A stretch of DNA of 63,518 nt, filler included, from Octopus bimaculoides (Eukaryota): NCBI RefSeq assembly GCF_001194135.2. It is 4 parts of 4 records of this genome, joined end to end, with 100 filler letters (N's around TTAATTAATTAA, not from the genome) between each part and the next. Parts side by side here need not be neighbours in the genome. Positions count along the whole stretch, not along the records: positions 1 to 24,194 come from NC_069002.1; positions 24,295 to 33,976 come from NC_068989.1; positions 34,077 to 58,356 come from NC_068995.1; 1 more part is not named here. One strand, written 5' to 3'. Below the pieces are notes generated by a model, which saw nothing but the letters and a program-made list of their open reading frames with translations, did no database searches and was not told where the DNA came from. Of this stretch, positions 22,052 through 34,179 are shown one piece after another. The translations under genes were made by a program, and so were the position numbers. Each line of letters opens with the position of its first letter. Positions within the stretch are counted from its first letter, which is position 1.

Positions 22052-22290
22052 AAAGAGTAGAAAGAAAGAAAGAGAGAAAAGAGTAGAAAGAGAACAAGAG
22101 AAGGTAGGGAGAGAAAGAAGGGAGAAAAAGAAGAGAAAAAGAGAAACAGAGGATGATAGAGAAAAAGAAAGAAAGAGCAAAAGAGAAAAGGAAAGATAAA
22201 GAAAGAGGAGAGAGAGAGAAAATCAGAGAACATGACAGAGAAAGAGAAAGAGTGAGATAGGGAGTGTATGAGAAAAAAAGAGAGAAAGAT
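21780..22290. repeat. (GAAA)n/(GGAA)n purine tract
   Basis: Read directly. Confidence 0.9.
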
Positions 22291-22886
22291 GCAATGATTA
22301 CTGAGAGATGAAAGCTTTACTAATGAGTTCAGATTTTTGCAGAACATGTTATTTAGCCCCAGGTCAGCCTAAGAAGGAAATCTTAACTTTTCATCTATTT
22401 GGATTCTAAAAAACATAGTAATGAATTGGAATGACCACAGTTGGTTCTATTAATTAGCCTAGAACTCAGAAAGCACAGAGATGGAATAGATACAGCCAGG
22501 TACTTTGTTCAGCGCTCTAAGCAATTCTGTCCATCACCGTGGATCGATAGTTTATTGACACTGATGCAAAGGATGAAGAGTAATGTTGATCATGATGTGG
22601 TTTGAACTCACAACACAGATCTCAGATGAATGCATTTATTTGTGTTGAAATAAATAAAACTGAAGACATTGAATAAAAGAATAGGACTTATCTAAGTTTA
22701 GCAAAGTATGACATTTAGCTCTCATAAATTTCCAAGTATGGATGCTGAGAACAATGGAAAGAAACTTACAGAAGAATCTAGACTAAGGTTTCAATTCCTG
22801 GCTAGAAATACACAAAAAGAACTGTATCAAAGCATAGTAAAAAGTCAGCTGGTTAAAATGTAGTGAAAAGGTTTGTAAAAAGGTGC

Positions 22887-23285
22887 AGGAGTGACTGTGT
22901 GGTAAGTAGCTTGCTTACCAACCACATAGTTTTGGGGTTGTTCCCACTGCGTGGCATCTTGGGCAAGTGTCTTCTACTATAGCCTCGGGCCGACCAAAGC
23001 CTTGTGAGTGGATTTGCTAGACGGAAACTGAAAGAAGCCCATCGTATATATGGATATATATGTATGTCTGTGTATATGTTTGTGTGCCTGTGTTTGTCCC
23101 CCCAACATCGCTTGACAACTGATGCTGGTGTGTTTACGTCCCCGTAACCTAGCAGTTCAGCAAGAAAGGCCAATAGAATAAGTACTAGGCTTGCAAAGAA
23201 TAAGTCCTGGGGTTGATTTGCTTGTCTAAAGGCGGTGCTCCAGCATGGCCGCAGTCAAATGACTGCAACAAGTAAAAAGAGTAAA
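22887..23285 (+). mobile_element. tRNA-derived SINE family A, full length (CORE-like CTTGGGCAAGTG motif)
   Basis: A-box, B-box-like head, central CA/TA microsatellite and GTAAAAAGAG tail. Collinear with 31471-31874. Confidence 0.88.
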
Positions 23286-23317
23286 TAAATCAATGTTGTT
23301 GGTGGAATCTTACTTAC

Positions 23318-23471
23318 CAGTTTGGTTTTTATGACTAAGATGTGCATGATGGTATTTCCGTTAGAGTCTTGTAAGTTTGGGTTTGCTCCTTTCGCACATA
23401 GAATGCGTACGCATTCTTCTTGCTCAACACAGGCAGCAAATGCTAGGGGGTACTCTCCCCAATAGGTGTAC
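23318..23471 (-). CDS. nan: TRPV exon: ankyrin repeats (most 5' exon found)
   Basis: gtaaaacag|G TAC...AAA CTG|gtaagt, 154 nt. Encodes [51 protein letters not shown], with the TRPV YxGEYPLxFAAC motif. Not in the ORF track. Confidence 0.96.
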
Positions 23472-24163
23472 CTGTTTTACAAGTTGGATCGAAAGAAAAA
23501 ATATGTATATTATGGGAATTAACAATCAAACAGAAAAATTCAGTTTTAAGATAGTTCTGGCTAATTTTGGCAATATTTGTACTTTGTGGTTAGGGTGTTG
23601 CACTCATGATCGTGAAATTGTGGTTTCAATTCCCAGTTTGGGTGGTGCATTGTGGTCTTGAGCAAAACACTTCATTTCAGTCGCTCCAGTCCATTCATTT
23701 GTAGATGAGTTTCAGTAGTAGATAGGAAGTCAACCCTGCGATGGGTTAGTGAATGTTCAGAGAATTAAAGGAGTATCGAGGTTTTGGTCACTTACAAGCC
23801 ATGGAAGTCAAGTTAGGCTCTGACGTTGTGAGAAGTAGGGCTCACAAAGAACCTAAGTAAGTGAAGGGAAAAAGGAGAAACAGTGGACAGAGATGTGAAA
23901 GACAGAGGGCCGGTAGTGGATGACTGGTGGTGGTGGTGGTGAGTTATCAATTAGTGACTGAAGCATTTAGGGTCCCCAAGTTTAGATCATCAACCCCATT
24001 TATGGAATCTATAACCCCTCATCGACCCCCAGGCATGTACAAGAAAATAAATAAATAATAATAATAATTAAGTAGATGTGCATTTATCAACCCCTTGAAT
24101 AGTCACATTGACCCGCAAGGGTCAATGTCAACCATTTTGAAGAGGATCTAGGAAGTGGATGGT

Positions 24164-24194
<31 letters not shown>

Positions 24195-24294
24195 NNNNNN
24201 NNNNNNNNNNNNNNNNNNNNNNNNNNNNNNNNNNNNNNTTAATTAATTAANNNNNNNNNNNNNNNNNNNNNNNNNNNNNNNNNNNNNNNNNNNN

Positions 24295-24432
24295 ACGATA
24301 TGCTTCTTTCAGTTTCCGTCTACCAAATCCACTCACAAGATTTTGGTCAGCCCGAGGCTATAGTAGAAGCAGTTACCCAAGGTGCCACGCAGAACCATGT
24401 AGTTGGTAAGCAACCTACTTACAACACGGCCA
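24295..24432 (-). mobile_element. SINE family A, 5' part
   Basis: Reverse complement of 22890-23045. Confidence 0.8.
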
Positions 24433-24433
24433 C

Positions 24434-24501
<68 letters not shown>

Positions 24502-27428
24502 CCATTTGAAATAGTTATTGTGAATGCTATGCAATTCTAATTATCAGGTCTTTACTATTTTGTAAGGTGGAGGCCCAATGGCCCAGTGGTTAGGGCAGCG
24601 GACTTGCGGTCGGAGGATCGTGGTTTCGATTCCCAGACCGGGCGTTGTGTGTGGCTCCAGCAGGGTATGGTGGTGACCCCTGTTGTTCTCTTTCACCCCA
24701 ACTGTCTCTCACTCTTTCTTCCTGTTTCTTGAGTAACGCTACGATGGAATCTCAGGGGCCCGAAGAATAATTCTTTTTATTTGGATAATTCTTCCTGGGC
24801 CTAGCATTCAGCAATTAGTGAAAAATCTATCAACTGGCAGTTAATTGCAATTGAAAGAGTTACAGATTACAACATGACATCTTAATATACCAATAGAAAC
24901 GAGCTTTACACATCTGCAGTTTTCACTCACCAGTTTCACTGTCAAGGTATTAGATAGCCCAAATATAAAGCAGACGACACTCCCTGTGTGAAGAAGTAGA
25001 CGTTAAGTCGAGATCACGTAGATGTGAAGCGAACTTTTTCATTACGCTTCATGTCTAAGCCCACACACACGCACACAACCACACACAAATGTGCATGCAT
25101 ATGTGTCTGCATTGGAGTGTATGTTAGTGCATGTGTCTTGATGGGTATGTGGGTGAATGCATGCGTATTTGTTTATGTATTTCAATAGTAATATCATATT
25201 ATACACTGAATATGACAGCTCTGTCCATACATCTGCTCAAAAGTAATTGTACAAAGGAGTATATTTGTTGTGTCTACGAGATATTTACGATATTATTGCT
25301 GCAATTTCATTTTATTAATTTTAATTTCAGTTTCTTTCCGAACTGTATACGATCATATTTGTGATGAAATGAGAATTGTTACATTGCTAAAAAGAACATT
25401 TGCAATCTCTAAAATTTTGTGTTTCCCCAGCCGATACTTTGTCAGTTGAATATATAATAAATTGTCTTTCATAGAGAAGTGTAGGGGCTCTATGCTAATC
25501 TATATATGCCGTGGTTGTGTTTGTAATGACCCCAATGAATTACTCTGCTCGATAGTCTTTAATGATAATTAGACCGCTTTGGAAAATCATAATTAATAAT
25601 TTTGTTCCAGACCATCAAGATATCCCTACAAATAAAGTGAAGAGATAAATGTTGGATGCCTTTTATGATAGAGCAAGACCTATGAAGTTTCACTCGGGGG
25701 AAAACCACAAAAAATAACTACAATAAAGGACACAGATTCATGGGAAAGCACAAAAACACACGCATACACATTTCGAGAACCAATGAGCCAACTAGACAGC
25801 CATCAAGACAGACAGACAGACAGCTAAACTGACAGACTGACAGACAGGCATCATCAGTGAAGATACAATAGGAGGACAGATGTATGTAAATAGAGACTAA
25901 GTGAGCTGTGACTATAAAAACATCAACGTACCTGCTCACATCTGCTAAAACCAACAAAACATTACATACGATCGTTTTACGTGATTTAGGGAACAACGTA
26001 AACAATATTTCGTATACTAGTTGGATTTGTTGTTATATACGTGTTCGTATGATGTGTGTGTGGGTGAGAGTATTGCCATGTATGCATAGATGTGTAGATA
26101 CATATGGAGGTTGGTGTGTGTGTATGTAAATGAATACATATATATATATNNNNNNNNNNNNNNNNNNNNNNNNNNNNNNNNNNNNNNNNNNNNNNNNNNN
26201 NNNNNNNNNNNNNNNNNNNNNNNNNNNNNNNNNNNNNNNNNNNNNNNNNNNNNNNNNNNNNNNNNNNNNNNNNNNNNNNNNNNNNNNNNNNNNNNNNNNN
26301 NNNNNNNNNNNNNNNNNNNNNNNNNNNNNNNNNNNNNNNNNNNNNNNNNNNNNNNNNNNNNNNNNNNNNNNNNNNNNNNNNNNNNNNNNNNNNNNNNNNN
26401 NNNNNNNNNNNNNNNNNNNNNNNNNNNNNNNNNNNNNNNNNNNNNNNNNNNNNNNNNNNNNNNNNNNNNNNNNNNNNNNNNNNNNNNNNNNNNNNNNNNN
26501 NNNNNNNNNNNNNNNNNNNNNNNNNNNNNNNNNNNNNNNNNNNNNNNNNNNNNNNNNNNNNNNNNNNNNNNNNNNNNNNNNNNNNNNNNNNNNNNNNNNN
26601 NNNNNNNNNNNNNNNNNNNNNNNNNNNNNNNNNNNNNNNNNNNNNNNNNNNNNNNNNNNNNNNNNNNNNNNNNNNNNNNNNNNNNNNNNNNNNNNNNNNN
26701 NNNNNNNNNNNNNNNNNNNNNNNNNNNNNNNNNNNNNNNNNNNNNNNNNNNNNNNNNNNNNNNNNNNNNNNNNNNNNNNNNNNNNNNNNNNNNNNNNNNN
26801 NNNNNNNNNNNNNNNNNNNNNNTATATATATACATATATATATATATATACATATATACATATATACATATATACATACTACGTACGTACAAACACATTT
26901 GCAGATACAAACACATATTTTTATGTGTTCTTTGATTTTGTCTTTGAAATTCCTCGCCAACAGGGAGTTAAACGCTTTCTAACCCCAAAGCAAGGTGTAT
27001 TTTTCTACAATATCAAATAGGTTAGTGTTTCTCAAAGGAGGTCTACGCCCCAGTGCGGCAACCTGTGAAAAATGGGCGGAACAATTGCAATGAATAATAA
27101 AATCGAGTTGGTTTTGAAACTCATTAAGCGTTTTCATATCCATGCTGAAGATAGAATTATATGAGTGCTGGTTTGATCTCCTGCTGAGCTCAAATTTGCA
27201 CTTCATTCCACAGGGGTTTGAAAATGTAGTACCAGTGAAAGACTGGGGTTCATGTAACCAATTGGTGCTTTCATTTTAACATTATGGTCAGTGTGTATGA
27301 ATGAGAAATAATTATTAAAGAATTTTATTGTAGTCTTTTATGAGGATGAAATTTTTCAGTATGAAAATTTCTTGGCTATATAGACATGTATGTATGTATG
27401 TATGTATGTATGTATGTATGTATGTATG

Positions 27429-27752
27429 ATCCAAGGTTCCTTCATTGGAATTTCAACATCAACAACAGGATATGTATGTATATATGCATGTATGTATGTA
27501 TGTATGTATGTATGTATGTATGTATACGAGAAGATTCGTATGTTTTGTTTTATGTATGACTTCTCTTGCATATACTAGCATATCTACACTTGCTCATACA
27601 TACTTAAATGATAAACTTCTTGAAAGTCATACAGATTTTTACTGTGCCACTGATGGCTTGGATCTGTAGTTTTCAAATCATCTTTCTCCTCTCTTGTTTT
27701 GAGAAACCTAATCTCTCAAGATTGATATTTATAAAGTGTGTTGTATATCCTA
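27429..27752 (-). mobile_element. R4/Dong-type LINE, short 5'-truncated copy in (TACA)n
   Basis: Reads LGYTTHF.NINLERLGFSKQE..MI.KLQIQAISGTVKIC plus a 3' UTR. Collinear with 61530-61830. Confidence 0.85.
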
Positions 27753-27848
27753 GGTACGTATGTATAAATGCAGGTATGTATGTATATATGTATGTATGTA
27801 TGCATGTATATGTATATGTATGTGTCTATGTATACATGCATGTATGTA

Positions 27849-27966
27849 TGTCACTGTTCAGTTTTATTTCAAGATTTCTTGACAATAGAGAAAGAGCTGG
27901 TTTCTAACTTAGATCCAAGGCTCCTTCATTGGAATTTCAACATCAACAATAGGATAGTTTTGTTTG

Positions 27967-27997
<31 letters not shown>

Positions 27998-28585
27998 GTA
28001 TGTAAATATGTATGTATATATGTATCTATGTACGTATATGTGCAGACTTGAATGTTTCGCGTTATGTATATATTCTAATGCACATAGTCGCATATCTAGA
28101 CATGCTCATATATATTTAAATGATAAATTTCTGGAAAGTTTTGCAGATTTATACAGTTCCAGTGATGGATTGGATCTGTAGTCCTCGAATTTTCTTTCTT
28201 CTTTCTGGTTTTTAAAAGCCTAATTTCTCAAGATTGGTATTTAGGCATTGTATTACATAACCCAGTGCTCCAATAATTACAGGTAACCTGGATAGAGTAA
28301 CTTGTAACCTGGATAGAGTAATTTGTAACCTGGATAGAGTAACTTGTAACCTGGATAGAGTAACTTGTAACCTGGATAGAGTAACTGCAGATTTCTCAAT
28401 AGTTCAGCGCAAGTGTTCTCTTTTTCACTGATCTTCAGCTTTATGTTAACATCTGCTGAGCAGCTAATTTTCACAATTGTGCACAGTTTCTATTCTGTCC
28501 CAAATCACTCTATCAGGTCTATTGTGCTTACATTTTATTAAGGTCTTCACTGGTATATTCCATCAGTACTCATTTTTATTAAGTG
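27849..28585 (-). mobile_element. R4/Dong-type LINE, longer 5'-truncated copy in (TACA)n
   Basis: REL domain (WNIPVKT..KC.H..PD..IWD....CTIV.ISCSADVNIKLKISEKENT) plus a 3' UTR. Collinear with 61270-61905. Confidence 0.88.
28283..28386. repeat. 21-bp tandem repeat x5 (GTAACCTGGATAGAGTAACTT) inside the LINE copy
   Basis: Read directly. Gives (LLYPGYK)n on the minus strand. Confidence 0.95.
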
Positions 28586-29820
28586 TAGCTGTATGTGTGT
28601 ATGTATGTATGTATGTATGTATGTATGTATGTATGTATGTATGTTTATATATACGGAGATGTGGAAATATGTATAGGAATGTTATTGTGTGACGTGTTAC
28701 GATATTATTCAGATAAATTCCATCGCCAAAACTTGTTCAAAATGAATTTTGTCTGAACGAATTCCATGTTTTTAATAGTCTATATTCTGAAGCATTCTGG
28801 CCAGTCAGTATGATTCCAGTATTCAGCAGCCTAGCTCTAAAATATATAACTTTCCAGGAATATATAAGATTCTAAATTAAAAAAAAAAACATAAGCGCTG
28901 TCGTTACAGGCCAATTTCTTAGCGTTTCTGTTAACTTATCTCATCGAAAATGTCGCCATATTTACAAACTGAAATAAACGATGATATCAACTAATTTTTC
29001 GCTTTACCGCTCAATTCCATCATTAAACAGGATGAATATATCTACAGTCAACGAGAAAAAACAATTTAGTTCACAAAATATTGAAAACAAATTGACAAAA
29101 GAATAAATAAATAAATAAATAAATAAATAAATGAAGACTGGAAGAGCTAGGAATGCTAAATTCCACGTATTTTACATCGTTATATACATTTTAAAATTCC
29201 CTTTATATATATATATATAGATATATANNNNNNNNNNNNNNNNNNNNNNNNNNNNNNNNNNNNNNNNNNNNNNNNNNNNNNNNNNNNNNNNNNNNNNNNN
29301 NNNNNNNNNNNNNNNNNNNNNNNNNNNNNNNNNNNNNNNNNNNNNNNNNNNNNNNNNNNNNNNNNNNNNNNNNNNNNNNNNNNNNNNNNNNNNNNNNNNN
29401 NNNNNNNNNNNNNNNNNNNNNNNNNNNNNNNNNNNNNNNNNNNNNNNNNNNNNNNNNNNNNNNNNNNNNNNNNNNNNNNNNNNNNNNNNNNNNNNNNNNN
29501 NNNNNNNNNNNNNNNNNNNNNNNNNNNNNNNNNNNNNNNNNNNNNNNNNNNNNNNNNNNNNNNNNNNNNNNNNNNNNNNNNNNNNNNNNNNNNNNNNNNN
29601 NNNNNNNNNNNNNNNNNNNNNNNNNNNNNNNNNNNNNNNNNNNNNNNNNNNNNNNNNNNNNNNNNNNNNNNNNNNNNNNNNNNNNNNNNNNNNNNNNNNN
29701 NNNNNNNNNNNNNNNNNNNNNNNNNNNNNNNNNNNNNNNNNNNNNNNNNNNNNNNNNNNNNNNNNNNNNNNNNNNNNNNNNNNNNNNNNNNNNNNNNNNN
29801 NNNNNNNNNNNNNNNNNNNN

Positions 29821-30440
29821 GGTGGTTTAGTGGTGGTAGTGGTAGTGGTGGTAGTGGTGGTGGTGGTAGTGGTGGTGGTGGTAGTGGTGGTGGTGGTAGT
29901 GGTGGTAGTTCTGGTGGTGATTGTGGTGGTGTTAGTGGTGCTGCTGCTGCTGGTGGTGCTGTGGTAATTGTGATGATGAAGATGGAGTTCGCGATGGGGA
30001 TGGTGATGGTGGTGGTGATGATGAAGAGGGGCGGTTTCGTGTTGGTGGCGACGGTGGTGTAGGCGATCGTTGTGATGAAGACGGTGATTATAGTGATGAA
30101 GGTGGTAGTGGAGGTGGTAGTGGTAGTCGTGGTGGTGGGGGGTTTGGTGGTGATGGTGGTCGGTGGTATTGGTTGTGGTTTTAGTTGCGGTGGTGTTGAC
30201 GGCGGCGGCGGCGGCGGCAGAAGTCAATCCATTTCCTATTAACGCCCAATTAAAATCACGCAAGCATCCAACGTCCCGACACTTAGACTTTTAATTAATT
30301 TCAATTCTTCAACGAAAAACGATGCAAATACTTTGCTTTGTTCTTATTTTTCTTGAGCAAATTGTGTCACCTTCTTTACAGAGACAACTACTACAATATT
30401 GATATCAGCAATAACAACAACAACAACAACATTACCACTA

Positions 30441-30478
<38 letters not shown>

Positions 30479-30960
30479 AACACAACAGCAACAACCACGA
30501 CGATGAAGATGACAACCACGAGGACAAATTACAAAGACGATTACAGCAGCATTGATGAATTGATGAAGAATGATAACAACCTCCCACCCACACACAAACA
30601 CACACAGACACATACATACATTCACACAGATATAGAGAAGGAAAGGAAGTAGAAGGAAACGAAGAAGAAAGTGAAGGGGAGGAGTAGGAGGAGGAGGAGG
30701 AGGCAAGAAGAAGAAGAAGAAGAAGAAGGAAGAAGAAAAAGAAGAAGAAGAAGAAGAAGAAGAAGAAGAAGAAAGACGAAGAAGAAGAAGAAAGACGAAG
30801 AAGAAGAAGAAAGACGAAGAAGAAGAAGAAAGACGAAGAAGAAGAAGAAGAAGAAATGGAAGAAGAACAACAACAAGAACAACAACAACAACAACAACAA
30901 CAAGATCTCAACTACAATAGCCTCAATGACAACTACAAGACATCGTCAACAACAACCACA
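29821..30960. repeat. Compound trinucleotide low-complexity block (GGT, AAC, ACT, GAA), including a 19-bp unit x4 at 30774-30850
   Basis: Read directly. Confidence 0.9.
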
Positions 30961-31470
30961 CTAAAAAAAAAAAGTTGATGAGGAAGACTACAATATGTGC
31001 CCAAAAAAATTTTTTAATAAAGCACCCCTCTTCCCCCCACCAAAAAAAAATAGATGATTAAAAGACAAAACACATCGCAGCGAAATTATTAAGGAAGAGG
31101 AAGAATGCAAGAGACAAGAGAGAACTCAAGTCTTGTGTTCTAGCTAATTTTCGAAGCCTCGCCGTTGGATATATGCTTGTATGAGATGTGGCTAAAGAGA
31201 GTCTAACTGATTAGAAGATAATTAAGAAATTTTTTTTTTCTCTTAATTTTTGTCGTGTTAGCCAAGAGCAAAACTATCAAACAACATTCAAACATCAAAA
31301 TAGTTTAGGAAGGCTGTGAACAAAACATGGTTGTTTTTAGAAATTTAACAAGTTAAACACACACCTCACACACATATCGAAAACATACGCTCTCACCTAC
31401 ACACACCTAGACACAAACATTTTATATGCATGTTGGGGTATGCAAGCAAGAGAAAAAAATTTCTATTAAC

Positions 31471-31874
31471 AGGAGTGGCTGTGTGGTAAGTAGCTTGCTT
31501 ACCAACCACATGGTTCTGGGTTCAGTCCCACTGCGTGGCACCTTGGGCAAGTGTCTTCTACTATAGCCTCGAGCTGACCAAAGCCATGTGAGTGGATTTG
31601 GTAGACGGAAACTGAAAGAAGCACGTCGTATATATGTATAGGTATATATATATGTGTGTGTATGTTCGTGTGTTTGTGTTTGTCCCTCCAACATCGCTTG
31701 ACAACCGATGCTGGTGTGTTTACGTCCCCGTAACTTAGTGGTTCGGCAAAAGAGACCGATAGAATAAGTACTAGGCTTACAAAGAATAAGTCCTGGGGTC
31801 GATTTGCTCGACTAAAGGCGGTGCTCCAGTATGGCCGCAGTCAAATGACCAAAACAAGTAAAAGAGTAAAAGAG
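31471..31874 (+). mobile_element. SINE family A, full length
   Basis: GTGGCTGTGTGGTAAG A-box, GGGTTCAGTCC B-box, CCTTGGGCAAGTG motif and GTAAAAGAG tail repeats. Confidence 0.9.
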
Positions 31875-32003
31875 ATGTTGAGTATAAATATTAGTTGTTG
31901 TGTTGAGATTATCACACTGTTTCTACTCAGAGTTTGATATATGCTCCTGATCGTGAAAGAGGTTTATGATATACAAAGATATTTCATTGACAGTTTAAAG
32001 TGC

Positions 32004-32230
32004 TTCTTATTTCTTTATTGCCCACAAGGGGCTAAACATAGAGAGGACAAACAAGGACAGAGAAAGTGATTAAGTCGATTACATCGACCCCAGTGCGTAA
32101 CTGGTACTTAATTTATCAACCCCGAAAGGATAAAAGGCAAAGTCGACCTCGGCGGAATTTGAACTCAGAACGTAGCGGCAGACGAAATACCGCTAAGCAT
32201 TTCGCCCGGCGTGCTAATGTTTCTGCCAGT
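32004..32230 (-). mobile_element. SINE family E; decayed + strand relatives at about 44920-45110, 45125-45320, 50320-50520 and 50660-50770
   Basis: Shared core GAGTTCAAATTCCGCCGAGGTCGACTTTGCCTTT.ATCCTTTCGGGG..GATAAA.TAAGTACCAGTT. Confidence 0.75.
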
Positions 32231-32290
32231 GTTTTTTACGAGTGGAAAGTCAATGGGTTGAAAACTGGTCCCATAAAAAGTAATAGAATA

Positions 32291-33566
32291 CGAGGTAGTA
32301 TCAAAAAGTCCCCGGATTAGTTATTTTTAATATAAAAAAATAGCTTATTCACCTTAGTTTTAACAGTGTCTAATTCGAAATAGTCACCTTGCGCAGCAAC
32401 ACACCGGCGTTCCTGCCACCTTTTGGAATCCAACCTGGAAGATGTTTGTTTTCCGTACGTGAATCGAGGACCTTCTGCAATCCGCTCTGGATTTCGACAA
32501 CGGTGTTAAAACGGTGATCTTTGAGCTGCATTTTAGTTTTGGGGAAGAGATGGAAGTCCACATGTGCTAAATCTGACAAATAGAACAGGTGCAGAAGCGA
32601 TACCACGTTGTTTTTGGTGAGAAACTCACGAATGACGAAAGCTCGGTGAAGAAACCAATTCTTCGCGATGCATAGATCCGGTCTTCTTCACCCGAATGTT
32701 CTCTCTCAAACGCTTCAAACCTCTCGATTGATGGTCTGGCTCTGGGGGACGAATTATCGTTGCACAACACAGCGGATGTCGAAAAAACGATGAATATGCT
32801 TCTGATTGAACTGTGAGACTGTTGTGCCTTCTTCGGTCGTAGAGATGAAGGCCTCTTGCATTGTGACGAGTGCTGCTTCGTCTCAGGGTCGTACCTGTAG
32901 ACCCAACTCTTGTCACTGGTGATGATCCTCAACATGAAGGACGGGTCGTCAGCGGCACGCTGACGGAAATCTTGACAGACTTCGACGCGATGTTCTCTCA
33001 GCTCATTAGTCGGCAGGCGAGGGACACGTCGCATGTCCAATTCAGACGTTAGGATTACCTGCAGGGTACCATAGGACAGACCAACAACATCAGCAATATT
33101 GTTGATTGTCCTCCGACGATCCTCATGCACAATCTCATTAATTTTCTACACATTTCCAAGGGTGATGCTCGTGTCATTTCCGAGGGTGACGCTCGTGTCA
33201 TTTCCGAGGGTGCCGCTCGTAGCAGGTCTCCCACTCTTCCGAGGGTGATGCTCATGGAAAATCTCCTACTCGCTCACCATCTTCCAAGAACGTTCTTCCG
33301 CTTTTGAAGGGCCTGTGTCACTCGAAACATTGCATACGACCCATTGCCTCATCACCGTAAGCTTACCTAAGCATGCTCAATGTCTCAGTATCAGACTTCG
33401 CAAGTTTAACACAAAATTTCACATTGGCTCTTTGTTCCGTCTTCCTTTCCATGACAAAAATCGCAGACCCATGAATATTACTGTTAGCTCTCACTGCGCA
33501 CGCACCTGTGTGCTGGTATCTGTTGGTGTGCTACGGAACTAGTCAGGAACTTTTGATACCACCTCG
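32291..33566 (-). mobile_element. Full-length (1276 bp) decayed mariner transposon
   Basis: TA-flanked TIRs CGAGGTAGTATCAAAAAGTCCCCGGATTAGT and ACTAGTCAGGAACTTTTGATACCACCTCG. Transposase remnants include EQ.AIKFC, EDRRRTINNIAD, IITSDKSWVYRYDPETK and SDLAHVDFHLFPK, with frameshifts. Confidence 0.93.
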
Positions 33567-33660
33567 TACCTTAACATAAAACAAACATTAATATATGAGT
33601 GTTATATGTATGTATGCTTGCATGCATGTATGTAAATATATAATTATGCATATATTTTAG

Positions 33661-33976
33661 GAGCACTCCGTCGGTTACGACGACGAGCGTCCCAGCTGAT
33701 ACGATCAATGGAACAGCTTACTCGTGAAATTAACTTTCAAGTGCCTGAGCAATGCACAGGCACGTGTACCTCCTGACGTAGTTCTCAGGGAGATTCAGCG
33801 TGACACAGAGCGTGACAAGGCCGGCTCTTTGAAATACAAGTACTACTCATTTTTGTCAGGTGAGTGGACTGGAGCAACGTGAAATAAAGTGTCTTGCTCA
33901 AGGACACAACGCGTCGCCGGTAATTGAACTCACGACATTACGATCGTGAGCCGAATGCCCTAACGACTAAGCCACG
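33661..33976 (-). mobile_element. SINE family B (head cut by a gap)
   Basis: Reverse complement is collinear with 12323-12637. Confidence 0.88.
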
Positions 33977-34108
33977 NNNNNNNNNNNNNNNNNNNNNNNN
34001 NNNNNNNNNNNNNNNNNNNNTTAATTAATTAANNNNNNNNNNNNNNNNNNNNNNNNNNNNNNNNNNNNNNNNNNNNTATATATATATATATACACATATA
34101 CGTTTATA

Positions 34109-34147
<39 letters not shown>

Positions 34148-34179
34148 CGCATATATATATATATATATGTGTGTATACC

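Noticed and set aside
21679-22347. 222-aa Phe/Leu/Ser-rich and Lys/Glu/Arg-rich ORFs
   Set aside because: They come from the (GAAA)n tract within a TRPV intron.
24931-24983. Minus-strand 53-nt segment with good splice sites just upstream of the first TRPV exon found
   Set aside because: Its only open frame ends in phase 0, while the next exon needs phase 2, and it aligns to a decayed family A SINE. At most it is an exonised UTR piece.
25986-27020. Long ORFs spanning N-runs, here and at most other gaps
   Set aside because: They are open only because N translates as X.
29172-30964. His/Thr-, Glu/Lys- and Ser/Phe-rich ORFs
   Set aside because: They come from compound trinucleotide repeats, with no splice or homology support.
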